The position numbers were made by a program, and so were the translations under genes. Under the pieces are notes generated by a model. It saw only the letters and a program-made list of their open reading frames with translations. It made no database searches and was not told the origin of the DNA. Positions 37,595 to 48,600 of a stretch of DNA of 64,000 nt are shown piece by piece. Within the stretch, counting starts at the first letter, position 1, and each line of letters starts with the position of its first letter. Where the stretch lies: positions 1-64,000 of the IMG/VR virus record IMGVR_UViG_3300036781_000838; one strand, given 5' to 3'. This stretch comes from a virus.

Positions 37595-39619
37595 ATGAAA
37601 ATACGTATCAAAACCGGTCCACCGGCACCCATATACCAATCTGGCGGTTCACCATCCACGGGGGATCAGCAAAACCTGGGTCTGTTTACCAATCAGACCG
37701 TCCGGATCGATCCCAATGATTATAACCGACCTGCAGGCATCGATGATGTCAGGACGACCTACCCTGAAGTTCCGGCAGAACAGGCGAATGTGGAGGTAGA
37801 AAAAGGCGAAGTGGTGGTGTCCCCGGATCTGGCTACCATTTATAAGGCAGGAGGCAAGAAACATTCCGCTGGAGGAACAAAGATCAAGGCTCAAGAGGGA
37901 GCTTATATTGTATCGGATTTCATTAAAACCGATCCCCGGGTGCTGCAAACCCTTGGATTTGACCCCGAAAAGGATGGTAAACAGACCTGGGCCAAATTAC
38001 TCCAGTCAAAAGTGGACCCGGCTTATTATAACACACTGGCTAGTGTACTTTCTGACAAAGAAAAAGGGAAAGATGTTGATCCTTATCTCTACAATACCGC
38101 TAAGGTAAAAATGCCCGGGCTACAAGAAATTGTCTCCAAAGTGGCACTCGGAAATGAGTTATCCAAAGCGGTGCAGGGTAAGCAGTACAATATTCCCCAG
38201 ATTGCCGGTCTTGCCATGCAAGGATTGCAATACCAGGAGCCTAAACCAGGCGATCAACCCCTGACAGAAGCAAAAATGGGAGGTAGTTATCTACCCAAAG
38301 CTCAATCGGGGAAATCTGTTTCTTCCGACTTATTTAACCCTTTTTGGAATTACTACCTCAATGAGCATCCGGAAGCGCAAGTGTCTCCCGATGTACAACG
38401 TAACCCTAACCAGGTATTATCATCCCCGCAGCATAAAATAACCAGCGGCGTCTATGGGAACAACTGGGATCTGAATGAATTTAAGCAACGACATGATTGG
38501 TATTTCAAAGACCATCCTAATTTCAATCCCCAGGATCCCCAGCAGGTAAAAGACTTCCAGCAAAAATACAATAGCCGGGCATCGAGTAAATTCGGTCAAC
38601 CTTATTTCTATGGCAACCAGGATTTCAGGGCTATCGATGGCAAACTCGGGAAGTACACCTATAATGCTCCTAATTTATCCGACGATACGGCTGCCGAGAT
38701 CCCTTCTTCCCCAGGTAAGCAATTGCCCCCAGCCCCGGTAACGGTACCCAAGGGGCAATTTCCTGTTCCGAATAACCCTGCATTCTCCAATTCATCCCGG
38801 GTCCCTGGAATAAATCCGAATGCATTTGATCAAATGGCATTATTAAATGCCATGGCTTCACCGGTGAATACCTATTATCCCTGGGCTGCCAAACCACAAG
38901 CGGCATATATCAACCCCCAGTTTGATGAGCCGAATTATTATCCGATACAGTCAGCCCAGCGGCAACGCATGGATATGCTTAACCAGGTGAGTAACCCCAC
39001 TACTGCCCGGGCAGTCGGCTCGTATCAACCTGATCAGATCTCCGGTATTATCCAGGAAACACAGCGGGCGCGGGGTAATAATATGCAAGCTGCCACAAAC
39101 GCCCAGACCTTCAATGCCCAGACCTACGACACACTCTCCGGGCAGAATGCCCAGATTGATACTGGATTATATGATAAAACGGTCATGAGCAAGGAGCAGC
39201 GGGATATAGCTGAAAAGCTAAAAATGCAGGATGTTCAGGGAGCTGCTCATAATATGGTCAATAATATGACCGAAATGCAATACCGGATGGCCATGAATCC
39301 TCAATTCAGTGTTTCCGGTCCTTTCTGGAATCATATCGGTTTTAACGGAAACGGAAAAGGCTTGGACAGTCCCGGAAGCGCAAGCTATGGCAACCAATCA
39401 ATGACCCGTGAACAATTCCTGGCGCAATACCCGGGCTATGCTAGTTTGGCCACCGACCCACAACAAGCATATAAAATAGATGAAGCAATGCGCCAGGAGC
39501 GTGACCGGCAAGAAGGTTTGCTGTTCAAGAACAGCAGAAACTTTTCTTCAAATATGTACAATCCATATCTCGCACAAATGACGGGGATGGGTATGGGCTA
39601 TCCGCAAGCCGGTTATTAA
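37595..39619 (+). CDS. virion cargo protein
   Basis: 'ANVEVEKGE...GKKHSAGG' motif, Q/N/M-rich C-terminus, position between muzzle and RNAP. Confidence 0.7.
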   Translation: MKIRIKTGPPAPIYQSGGSPSTGDQQNLGLFTNQTVRIDPNDYNRPAGIDDVRTTYPEVPAEQANVEVEKGEVVVSPDLATIYKAGGKKHSAGGTKIKAQEGAYIVSDFIKTDPRVLQTLGFDPEKDGKQTWAKLLQSKVDPAYYNTLASVLSDKEKGKDVDPYLYNTAKVKMPGLQEIVSKVALGNELSKAVQGKQYNIPQIAGLAMQGLQYQEPKPGDQPLTEAKMGGSYLPKAQSGKSVSSDLFNPFWNYYLNEHPEAQVSPDVQRNPNQVLSSPQHKITSGVYGNNWDLNEFKQRHDWYFKDHPNFNPQDPQQVKDFQQKYNSRASSKFGQPYFYGNQDFRAIDGKLGKYTYNAPNLSDDTAAEIPSSPGKQLPPAPVTVPKGQFPVPNNPAFSNSSRVPGINPNAFDQMALLNAMASPVNTYYPWAAKPQAAYINPQFDEPNYYPIQSAQRQRMDMLNQVSNPTTARAVGSYQPDQISGIIQETQRARGNNMQAATNAQTFNAQTYDTLSGQNAQIDTGLYDKTVMSKEQRDIAEKLKMQDVQGAAHNMVNNMTEMQYRMAMNPQFSVSGPFWNHIGFNGNGKGLDSPGSASYGNQSMTREQFLAQYPGYASLATDPQQAYKIDEAMRQERDRQEGLLFKNSRNFSSNMYNPYLAQMTGMGMGYPQAGY

Positions 39620-39666
39620 ACCTTTAAAGTTTACGTCGCGCCGGTTAAACTTCCTGAATTTTTTGG

Positions 39667-39681
39667 GTATATTCTTTATGT
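39667..39681 (+). promoter_or_regulatory. putative late-type promoter core
   Basis: GTATATTCTTTATGT just upstream of the ATG at 39694. Confidence 0.4.
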
Positions 39682-39693
39682 AAACACTTCCAG

Positions 39694-42618
39694 ATGCCGA
39701 GTTACATGGTGGGTGCCAAAGATGCTTTTGTACCCACTCAGCTTTACCACCCCGATTTTGATGCTATCAATGGATTATTAAGGCTTAAGCAGTCTCAATA
39801 TGACCAGGGGTTTAATGCCGTGAAGTCAGCGTACAGTTCGATTTTAAATGCACCGATTACCAACCAGGAGAACCAGGTCGTCCGGCAGAACTACCTTAAA
39901 GATGCCCAAGAGAAACTGAAAAACCTTTCATCGGTAGATCTTTCCTTAAATAAAAATCAGATAGCTGCTGAACAGGTATTCCAGCCATTTGCCAACGACA
40001 GTGAGATTGCGGCCGATATGGTAAAAACCAAGGCTTTCCAAACGCAGTTCCAGGTGGCTGACAATCTGAGGAATTCCAAAAAGATAGAGGATCAGGCCCG
40101 GTATTGGGATACGGGAGTGCAATACCTGCAAAATGGACTGGATACCTTGCGCACCGCAAAAAGAGGGGATGGGTCGATACAGCGGGTAGAGAGTCGCAGG
40201 TATGTCGATTATGTTGACCCGGAGAAATACCTCGCTGACGAGGCGCAGAAGGACGGGTTAAAAATTGAACGGCAAACTTCGAACGGACAATATAAGCTGA
40301 CCCGAATTAACGGTGATGAAGCTGTTCCCTTATTTGAAACATGGGCAAAGTCAAAACTAAGCGGGAACAATCAAATTAATGATATGTTCCGGGTCCAGGG
40401 TACCACCCTGTATGAAAATAGTGTAAATAACCTGGTAAACCATGGGATGGATGAGCAGAATGCAAAGTCATCGCTGGCTGAAAATTATCTTGCAAGACAG
40501 GCCAATAGCTACAAATCGACCTATGATAACCTGACCGCCTATTTAGCTCAACTACAAAAGGATAGCAGGATGGCTCGTGAACTATTGAACGATCAGCCTT
40601 CTGAAGAGAACTTAAACAGTTACAAGGCTAAGCTGGCACAATTGGATAGCACCAACCAAAGCTTGGCTCAGTACGAAAAATTATATAAGTCGTTAAGCGA
40701 TAAAACTGGTAAGGATTACCAGGATAATTATAAGTCTATTTTAAACAATGGAGAGTCCTTCTTTGCTGAGCATTCCCGGGATGCTTTTATCAGCAACTGG
40801 GCACGCGGGCGGGCTTCCAACTCCAGTGTTAAATATGATATCGATCCTGGCTTCAAATTAGAAGAATCCATGAAAAAGGAGATGGAGATCCTTGAATTTC
40901 AAAAGGCAATGACAGATGAGCGGGTTTCCCATGTTGTCAATGGCGTTGCCTACGATAAAAGTGGAAAACCACTTGGGCCAGCCAGTTCTTTTGGGAATGT
41001 GTCTTCAACAGGAAGTACTTCAGCCCAGGCCAAACAACAGGACATGGATACCCCTATCTATGTTGGGCTAAATACCTACGGAACCAATGGTGCTTCCAGC
41101 TACAACCGCTTCGTGGCAGCCAAGCAGAATGCGTTGAATGATTATGTAGACAACGGGCTTAATTTCATACAAGGCATGAGCCATAATTACGGCGGGGACA
41201 ATATTCAGGTAATCAGTACTGGGTTGCTATCCGAATTAAAAAAACAGTTGACTACCGGCCAGGTTGCCTTAAATGCCCCAGAACTACAACAAGAATTTAA
41301 GCAATTGCAGGGAGCTGGTATTATTCCCCAAACACTTAATTATGGTGCTTCTCCTACGCAGACCTACCAGGCCATCAAAAATTATTACTCTGATATCCTT
41401 ATTAAACAGGCTAAAAATGGCCAGGCAGATACCCAGATGATAGGACTTGCTGCCCGGGAGGAACGCATAGATAAACAGTATAATAACCTGAAGAAAATTG
41501 AAGACACGGAGCTGACCAAAATAAAAAATAATCCAAAATATAAGGGGCTGATTGAAGATGATAAAATAGTTGACCTGGGAGAATACATAAAAAAACAGGG
41601 ACCTGATATATCTGATAAAACAATTAACCAGCAATATGAGGACTATCGCCAGGTTCAAAACCAAATACTAGACCCCATAACAGGCCAGGCAGCTCACGTC
41701 ATTAGCAGGGACGCATTTCACCGTGAAATTATTGCGCATGCCACCCAGCAATTTAAGGACGAGTACGATAAAAAAGTAGAAGGGTTTAAGGCTGATTTTG
41801 GTAAAACGAGTTATGCCAAAGACGAAAACGCTTATATCGCCCCTACCATTCGTTTCAATACAGACCGGAAAGGGACTGAAGACAAAGCGCAGAAGATAGC
41901 TCAAATGGCGATGGCCGATGACAATTTTACTGAACAGGATATTAGTAAAAATGGGATCACCCCGGTTAATATGGATCAACTGGAATCCCTGGGTGCCGAC
42001 AAGAAAGAAGTAGCCGGGTTTCTTCAGTATGCGCAAAAAAATGTGGCTGATATGATCTCCGGGGTGGAGGTAAGTAAGATCGGGACCAATGGAAATCCTA
42101 TGGTACGGCTGGTATTTGATAAACAAACGCTCGATGAATATCGAAAGGCAAAAACGGGTCTTTTCAGCGATGCAACCGCAAAAGCCCTTGGGAAAGGAGT
42201 AGAAATTGAACTTAAAAACCCCCGGGCGCTCGATGCGCAAGGATTGGATCTTGATTTTACCCCTTCTTCTCTGGATATGCTTGACCTTACCCTGAATGGG
42301 AAGGCTTCCGCTCCCCAAATATTAAAGCGGGCTGGCTTTGATTATTCGGTAGAGCCTTCGTTTGATAAAAAGAACCTGCTGGTAACTTTTAAATATAACC
42401 GGTTTGAGAAGGGTAAACTGGTACCCGGCTCCTATAACCGGTCCATTCCCGTGGCCGGCATCAGCTTAAATGACGTTGAGAATAACCTGTACAGCAGCGC
42501 CATGGAGATTTACAGTGGCAATAACCAGGCATCCACCCAGTACTTCAAAGCAAACCCACAGGTCACCAAAGAACAAATTGCAGCAATAGAAAAACAGTTC
42601 AATTACCCTAAAAACTAA
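39694..42618 (+). CDS. virion cargo/ejection protein
   Basis: 974-aa helical protein directly upstream of the RNAP gene. Confidence 0.7.
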   Translation: MPSYMVGAKDAFVPTQLYHPDFDAINGLLRLKQSQYDQGFNAVKSAYSSILNAPITNQENQVVRQNYLKDAQEKLKNLSSVDLSLNKNQIAAEQVFQPFANDSEIAADMVKTKAFQTQFQVADNLRNSKKIEDQARYWDTGVQYLQNGLDTLRTAKRGDGSIQRVESRRYVDYVDPEKYLADEAQKDGLKIERQTSNGQYKLTRINGDEAVPLFETWAKSKLSGNNQINDMFRVQGTTLYENSVNNLVNHGMDEQNAKSSLAENYLARQANSYKSTYDNLTAYLAQLQKDSRMARELLNDQPSEENLNSYKAKLAQLDSTNQSLAQYEKLYKSLSDKTGKDYQDNYKSILNNGESFFAEHSRDAFISNWARGRASNSSVKYDIDPGFKLEESMKKEMEILEFQKAMTDERVSHVVNGVAYDKSGKPLGPASSFGNVSSTGSTSAQAKQQDMDTPIYVGLNTYGTNGASSYNRFVAAKQNALNDYVDNGLNFIQGMSHNYGGDNIQVISTGLLSELKKQLTTGQVALNAPELQQEFKQLQGAGIIPQTLNYGASPTQTYQAIKNYYSDILIKQAKNGQADTQMIGLAAREERIDKQYNNLKKIEDTELTKIKNNPKYKGLIEDDKIVDLGEYIKKQGPDISDKTINQQYEDYRQVQNQILDPITGQAAHVISRDAFHREIIAHATQQFKDEYDKKVEGFKADFGKTSYAKDENAYIAPTIRFNTDRKGTEDKAQKIAQMAMADDNFTEQDISKNGITPVNMDQLESLGADKKEVAGFLQYAQKNVADMISGVEVSKIGTNGNPMVRLVFDKQTLDEYRKAKTGLFSDATAKALGKGVEIELKNPRALDAQGLDLDFTPSSLDMLDLTLNGKASAPQILKRAGFDYSVEPSFDKKNLLVTFKYNRFEKGKLVPGSYNRSIPVAGISLNDVENNLYSSAMEIYSGNNQASTQYFKANPQVTKEQIAAIEKQFNYPKN

Positions 42619-42620
42619 AA

Positions 42621-45600
42621 GTGCCCGACTTCCACAGTCTTTACAATCCTGACCTTTCATCCGCCCCAGTACAAATAGCTCCTCCTGATCTGCACCCGGT
42701 ACAAGATCCGTTCCAGGGATATAATCCTGACAATGGTATCAATCACGTTGATGCTGCCTTGTCTACCCTGGATAAAAACCTCTTTAAGCCGACGACGGAT
42801 AGAATTCTCCAGCCCGTTGGCTATGATGCCGACGCGTTAAATGCAGATAGGTATAGGAAGTCGGATTATTTCGGACAACTGGGATTTAACCCCTTTTCAA
42901 ATAATGAAGAGCGATATGGTGACCGTCAATCGAACTTCAATAAGTTAGGAAGCGCTTTTGGGGGAGCCTGGCAACTGATTAAAAATCAGTTTGTGGAGCA
43001 AGCTGGTTCGTGGGGGGATACCCTCAACTTTTTCAAGGACAATAAATCAGCCTTTGAGGAGTCAGATTTCGATGAGATTAATAAGCACCAAAGGGAACTC
43101 TTCACCGATCATGCCATTTTTGAAACGGCAGCGCAGCGGGATAGTATCTGGAATTTCAACACGATTGCCAATACCATCCAGCAATCAGGCTATGCGGTAG
43201 GCGCCATATCTGAGATTGCTGCTGAGGAGTTAGCCCTATCGCTACTTACTGCTGCGACTTTTGGAGGTACCAGCGAACTACAAGTGGCCAGGTCTGCTAA
43301 GCTGGCAGCATCAGTAGGAGGTGTCTTGCGTAAAACTGAGCAACTCGGGGAAGCGCTTAATACCGCCTCCCGTCTACGGAAGGTATTTGAGACCGTCAAT
43401 AAAGTGAATCCACTGCTGGACAATACCCTTGAATTTGCAGCAAACCTGAAGAATATTTCCAGGGCTGAAAATATTGCTGCCGGTGGCAGTAAGTTAGGTA
43501 ATCTGCGTACAGCCGCAAGAGGGTTTGGCGCTTTCTATCGGGATGTAAGAGAGTTCAACGCTGCTGTTGCAGAAGCAAAATCGGAGGCCGCAAGTTCCTA
43601 CCAGGATTTAAAAAGCGTACTGACAACTCAGTATAAAAAGGACCACGACGGTAACGACCCGGTAGGAACTGATGCTCAAAAGATCCAGGATACTGCCATG
43701 GGCGCTGCCCAAACCAACGGCGTATCGAATACCTACCTCATCATGCTATCCAACAAGATCGGCATGGGGAATATCATGGGTGGTTTCAAAGGGCTTAAAG
43801 ATTTAGAAGAAAGTGCCGAAAGTGGCATACTAAGGTTTAGTGAAAAACAGGCGGCAAAGACCGGTGTAAAATTGGCAGATGCTGCCAGCAACAAATGGTT
43901 GGCATTTAAACAGAATTTGTTACGCACTCCATTTAGTTACTTAAAGACTAACCTGGACGAAGCGTTACAAGAAAACCTACAGGATGTTTCCCATGATGCA
44001 ATTCAAAACTATTACCAAGCTAAATACAATGACAACAAAGGAGAACCTGTTAAAAGTATTGCTGATTATATTACTGCTGCTGCAGCTAACCAGTTTCACG
44101 TTCAGGGCGCAAAAACCTTTATTTCCGGTTTTTTAACGGGGGCAATCATCGGTCCCGGGGAATACGCTATCGAGAAATCAGGGAACATAAAACAATACCT
44201 GACTGATAAAACCGGGTACCAACAACGGCAGGCAGAAGTAAAACAATCCCGTAACGAGATTATTGACGCTGGCAATAAGATCTGGAAAAACCCGCTCAAT
44301 TTCGACTATAAAACGGGAGATGTGACCCTGCAGGCTAACTTCAATACAATCCTGAAGCAGGCTGCCCAGACCAATAATAAGGAAGCATTTTATGATATAA
44401 AGGACGATGCCTTGCGGCATTTTATCTTAACCGGAATTCGGTCTGGTGCGCTCGATAGCTTTAATAATCGTCTTAAATCTTACACGAAAAACCTGTCACC
44501 GGAAGAATTTACTACTGCTTTTGGTATAGAGTATAACGAGAAGAACCAGGGAGCCGTAGTGAACCAGGTCAATGCATTTGGTGAGCGGGCCAGTGAGATC
44601 AAGGAACTCCACGAGAATATATCCGCTGATCTTAAAAATCCTTTCAACCCCTTCCGGTTCACTCCGGGTGAGCGGATCATAGGAAACCCACAGTATGTAA
44701 AAGAAGCATTATCCTATAAAGCCTGGAATGATGCAGTAGATAATTATGTCTTTACCAAGAGTTATTACCAAGATACCATCCGGGGTCAGGCAAATATATT
44801 GTCGTCATTTAGAAATAAGGCTGGATTTAAAGACGCCAATTTCAATGATATCTATTTACTGACTTCAAAGGAACACCTCAACGCGGAGATTGATAATCTG
44901 CAAAAGGAGGTTAAAAATCTACAGCCCGATAAAGGAGATGCCGGCGCGAGGACCTTAAACACCCAGAAGCGTGACCGTTTAGCGGTTTTAGAAAAATATA
45001 AAGGACACCTGGAAAAATGGTCTGAAAGTTTTGATAAGCATTCGACGTTGCCGGTGGGTGACCAACGTACCAACGCCTTCAATGAAAGTTTTGATGCCTT
45101 TAAACAACAAACTGCCCCCTTATTTGGTGAGTTTATCAACAATGAGCTAAAAGCTACCGATAAAGCCCAAATCAGCAAGGACAATGTGTTAAAGGGGTTC
45201 GATTCACTGCACAACTACATGAAACTGCAGAAGCAGTCGGGTATTATCCTGGATAAAGTGAACCTGCTCGCTGACCCCGGAAATTTCTCCAAATTCTTTG
45301 CTGAACACGACAAAGCCATCAAAGGGGCGTACGATTTCAGTACGGCTGTTCAGGAAGCGACCGGGCCTGCTGACACTGCAACTGTACATTTTAAAGATGA
45401 GAAAGGAAACGACCAATCCCACACCTTCACCGTAGGGGAAACCTATGTGGGAAAAATGTCGCAGCTGGAGAAATACCGGGGGAAAGGGAAAACGGCTACC
45501 CAGTTTAATAATGATAAGATCAAAATAGCGGCTATTTCAGCAGATGGTAAGACCATTTCCATTGCCCTTAATGGGGAGCCTGCAGTTGATATGGATGCCG

Positions 45601-48600
45601 AAGAAGTAGCGAAATTAGCCAGGGACCACAACTGGAAGGAATACAGCAAACTATCACCGATACAACAAACGTATCTCTCTTTAAGGAACAAAATTATTAC
45701 CTACCGCCTCTTGCAAAGAGACAGTAAAGGACTCCCGGTGAAAGATGCCAAGGGTCAGTATGTGCCCCAAGATGTGAAAGGAAGGGTCAAGCTCAATGAA
45801 AAAAAGGACGGTCTTTTATTCGCTTATGGTAATAATACCATTGAATTCAACCCCAAATATGTCGTCAACCAGCAAGACTTGTCTGAATTACCAACGGTGC
45901 AGCAGCAAGCCCTAAAGGAGCAGCAGGACCGGATTCAACGCAATTTTAAAGCGCAAGTTTCCATCTTCGAGGAAGCATTTAAAGACACAGAATCTAAGTT
46001 AGAAGAGCAAAAAGCATTGACCCGGGCCAACCAGGAAGAATTTACAAAAACAACCGAAGATCTCGGTGATTTAAAAGCTCATCTGGACCTGGTTATTGGT
46101 GAACTGGAAAAGAATCCATATAAAGGGATCGGTAGAAGATCAAATGAAAATAAGGCGCTTACCGAACTAAAGGAACTCCTGTCAAAACAGATAGGGGAAA
46201 AAAACCTTTATCTTCAACGGTTAACCCAGGAACAGGAGGTATTACAGCAGTCGTATGAAACCCTCAAGAAGGCAAATGACCTTTACGCTCAGGCTTTTTT
46301 TGAGTTGCAGGAAAATGAAACGCCTTTTGACAAGGGCAATCAGCAAAATATTTATGATAGTACCCAGGGAGACCTTACGGAAGCTGCAGGAGAGCAGGTT
46401 AATAAAAGGTTGTCAGATGAGCAGATTGATGCCTTAATCGAGGATACCCGGGCAGAAGTGGAACTGATCCAGGAGCGCATTGTGGTGGTTCATGATCTGG
46501 TGACCACTGCAGAAAAGGCCCTTCGCAAAATTGAGAAGTTTGATGATATCATAAAGGCGGTTTCTGAAATAACAGACAAGCGTCAACTCATCACTTATTT
46601 ATCGACGCTCAAAGGGCAGTCGGACGACCCTGAAAAACGTTCTATCTTATCGGCATTAATAAAGGGACTCAATAAAGGAGATCTCGGGTTTGAGGCTCAA
46701 TTTATATTGGAAAAGGCAGCTATCCTCAAGGATTCGAGGAAGGAACTGGCTGATTTACTGGAGAACGCAGCTCAGGTGCAGGATAAATATGACCGGCTAA
46801 CACTTGCCCGGGAACAAAGGGCCAAAATAAATATCCTGCAGCAGCGGGTTAATTATTTAAAACAGGTCCAGGATGCTATCAGCACCGGGTATGGTAAGAT
46901 TGTTGCCAAACAGTCGCTTACCCGGCAAGCCCATCTTACCAAAGCAAAGACTGCAGGAATCGCCCAGGAACTCCATGATTTTGGGGATATTATGTCTACC
47001 AGCCCTGTTATTGTTTCTACGGAGAGTCCATTCTTTGATGATATCCATAAACCCCGGCTAGACCAGGTTGGACTATTCAAAACTGCAGACAGGCATTACC
47101 TGAAGGATACCGATCCAGAGCCTACATCGCCGCAGGCTGCCCGTTTCTTCAAATTCAGCGAAAATGTGACTCCGAACGGAGCCTATTATTTCCAGGTTGT
47201 CCATGAAGGCAATGATGCCTATGGAATCCGGGTGCCAGGTATTTATAAAGATGATATCAAGGTAATTGTTGTAAAAAAGGATGGTATAGTATACAAACCA
47301 GTTGGGGTCGATGGAATTTACCTGGATGCGCCACATAAAGATAACCTGGTATATACCTCCATTCATGGTAATGAGCAATTACTGGATAAAAGCCCTACTG
47401 AAGCCCTTACCTGGGTCAAAGAGAACTTTGCTACCAAATCCATGACGGATGAGGATATTATAAATAAAATTAATGAGTTTAAGACCTTCCGACAGGTAAT
47501 CAAAGATAAAATTGCCCACGGGCAACCAGTTTATTTAACCATAACAGACAAATCCATCGGCATTCAATCAAGAGAGCCGTTGGATGTTAATACAAAGCGA
47601 CCCCAGGAGTTACCCTTGGAGGGACGCCTGATCGCACCTGACAACTCCGACTGGGTCCATATAAAACATCCTGATGGAACACCTATTCACCTGGAAGTAT
47701 CCACTACTGGATCTGTATTAAATAAAAAGGTCAAAGCCGGCCGAATAGCTTTAGTAAAAGATGACGGTTCCATATTCCAGGTTTACAATCGTCAACTTAA
47801 TGGCGCAGAGAAGGCAAATATCATAGGAATCATCAAAATGATCGCACCCCTGATGGGGCGGAGGTACCTGGATAAAGAACGTCTTGCGGAGATTGATTCC
47901 TTAGCAAAGGCTGGGAAGATATCTCCTGACCAGGCAATTCATTTGTCCAATCCCCTTACGGAATCGGAACAGGATAGGTTTGACAAAGCCATCAACTATT
48001 TAATGGGTGTTGTCTACTGGAGGCAAGCAAAAGAAGGAGAAACAGTAGGTAAGGACCAGTTCCGGGTGGCCAAGGGGATGTTATACCGCGGCGAAATGGC
48101 TGTTGCGTTTAATCCGGAAGAAATTGAAAAAAACAAGGATGCCTTAATGGAGGGGTTGTACCACCAGGTCAATAATAAAAAGGTCGGGGATACAGCAAAT
48201 GTCTTTTATGAAATGACCGTGCGGGAGGAGCAGGTTGCCGAAAAAAAATGGGATAATTATCCTCATTACCTTTTGGATGGATCCGCAGGGCGTGTGCCAC
48301 CTATTTATACCAACGTCAAACCGTTTGTATCCAAAACGGATGTTTCCAGTACGCAACTAAGGTCAGTTTATTTGACCTACGGCTTTAATGCTGAATTTAC
48401 GGCCGCGCCGGTGGAAAATAGCAAAAGTGATCAAAATTCGGGAGAAACAAGGGTTTTTACCGATCCGCTGGCTATTCCCAAAGAGCAGGGAGCGCAAATT
48501 GCCTTTGTTCGGAAGAAAATCGATAAAACTACTGACCTTAATGTCATCGCACAATGGGACGGCACCCGGTTCAAAGTTGTAAAACTAATCGACCAGAATG

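Noticed and set aside
41284-42318. Long antisense ORFs (e.g. 41668..42318) and the many other short shadow ORFs
   Set aside because: They are fully nested opposite strong phage genes and have shadow-like composition with no motifs
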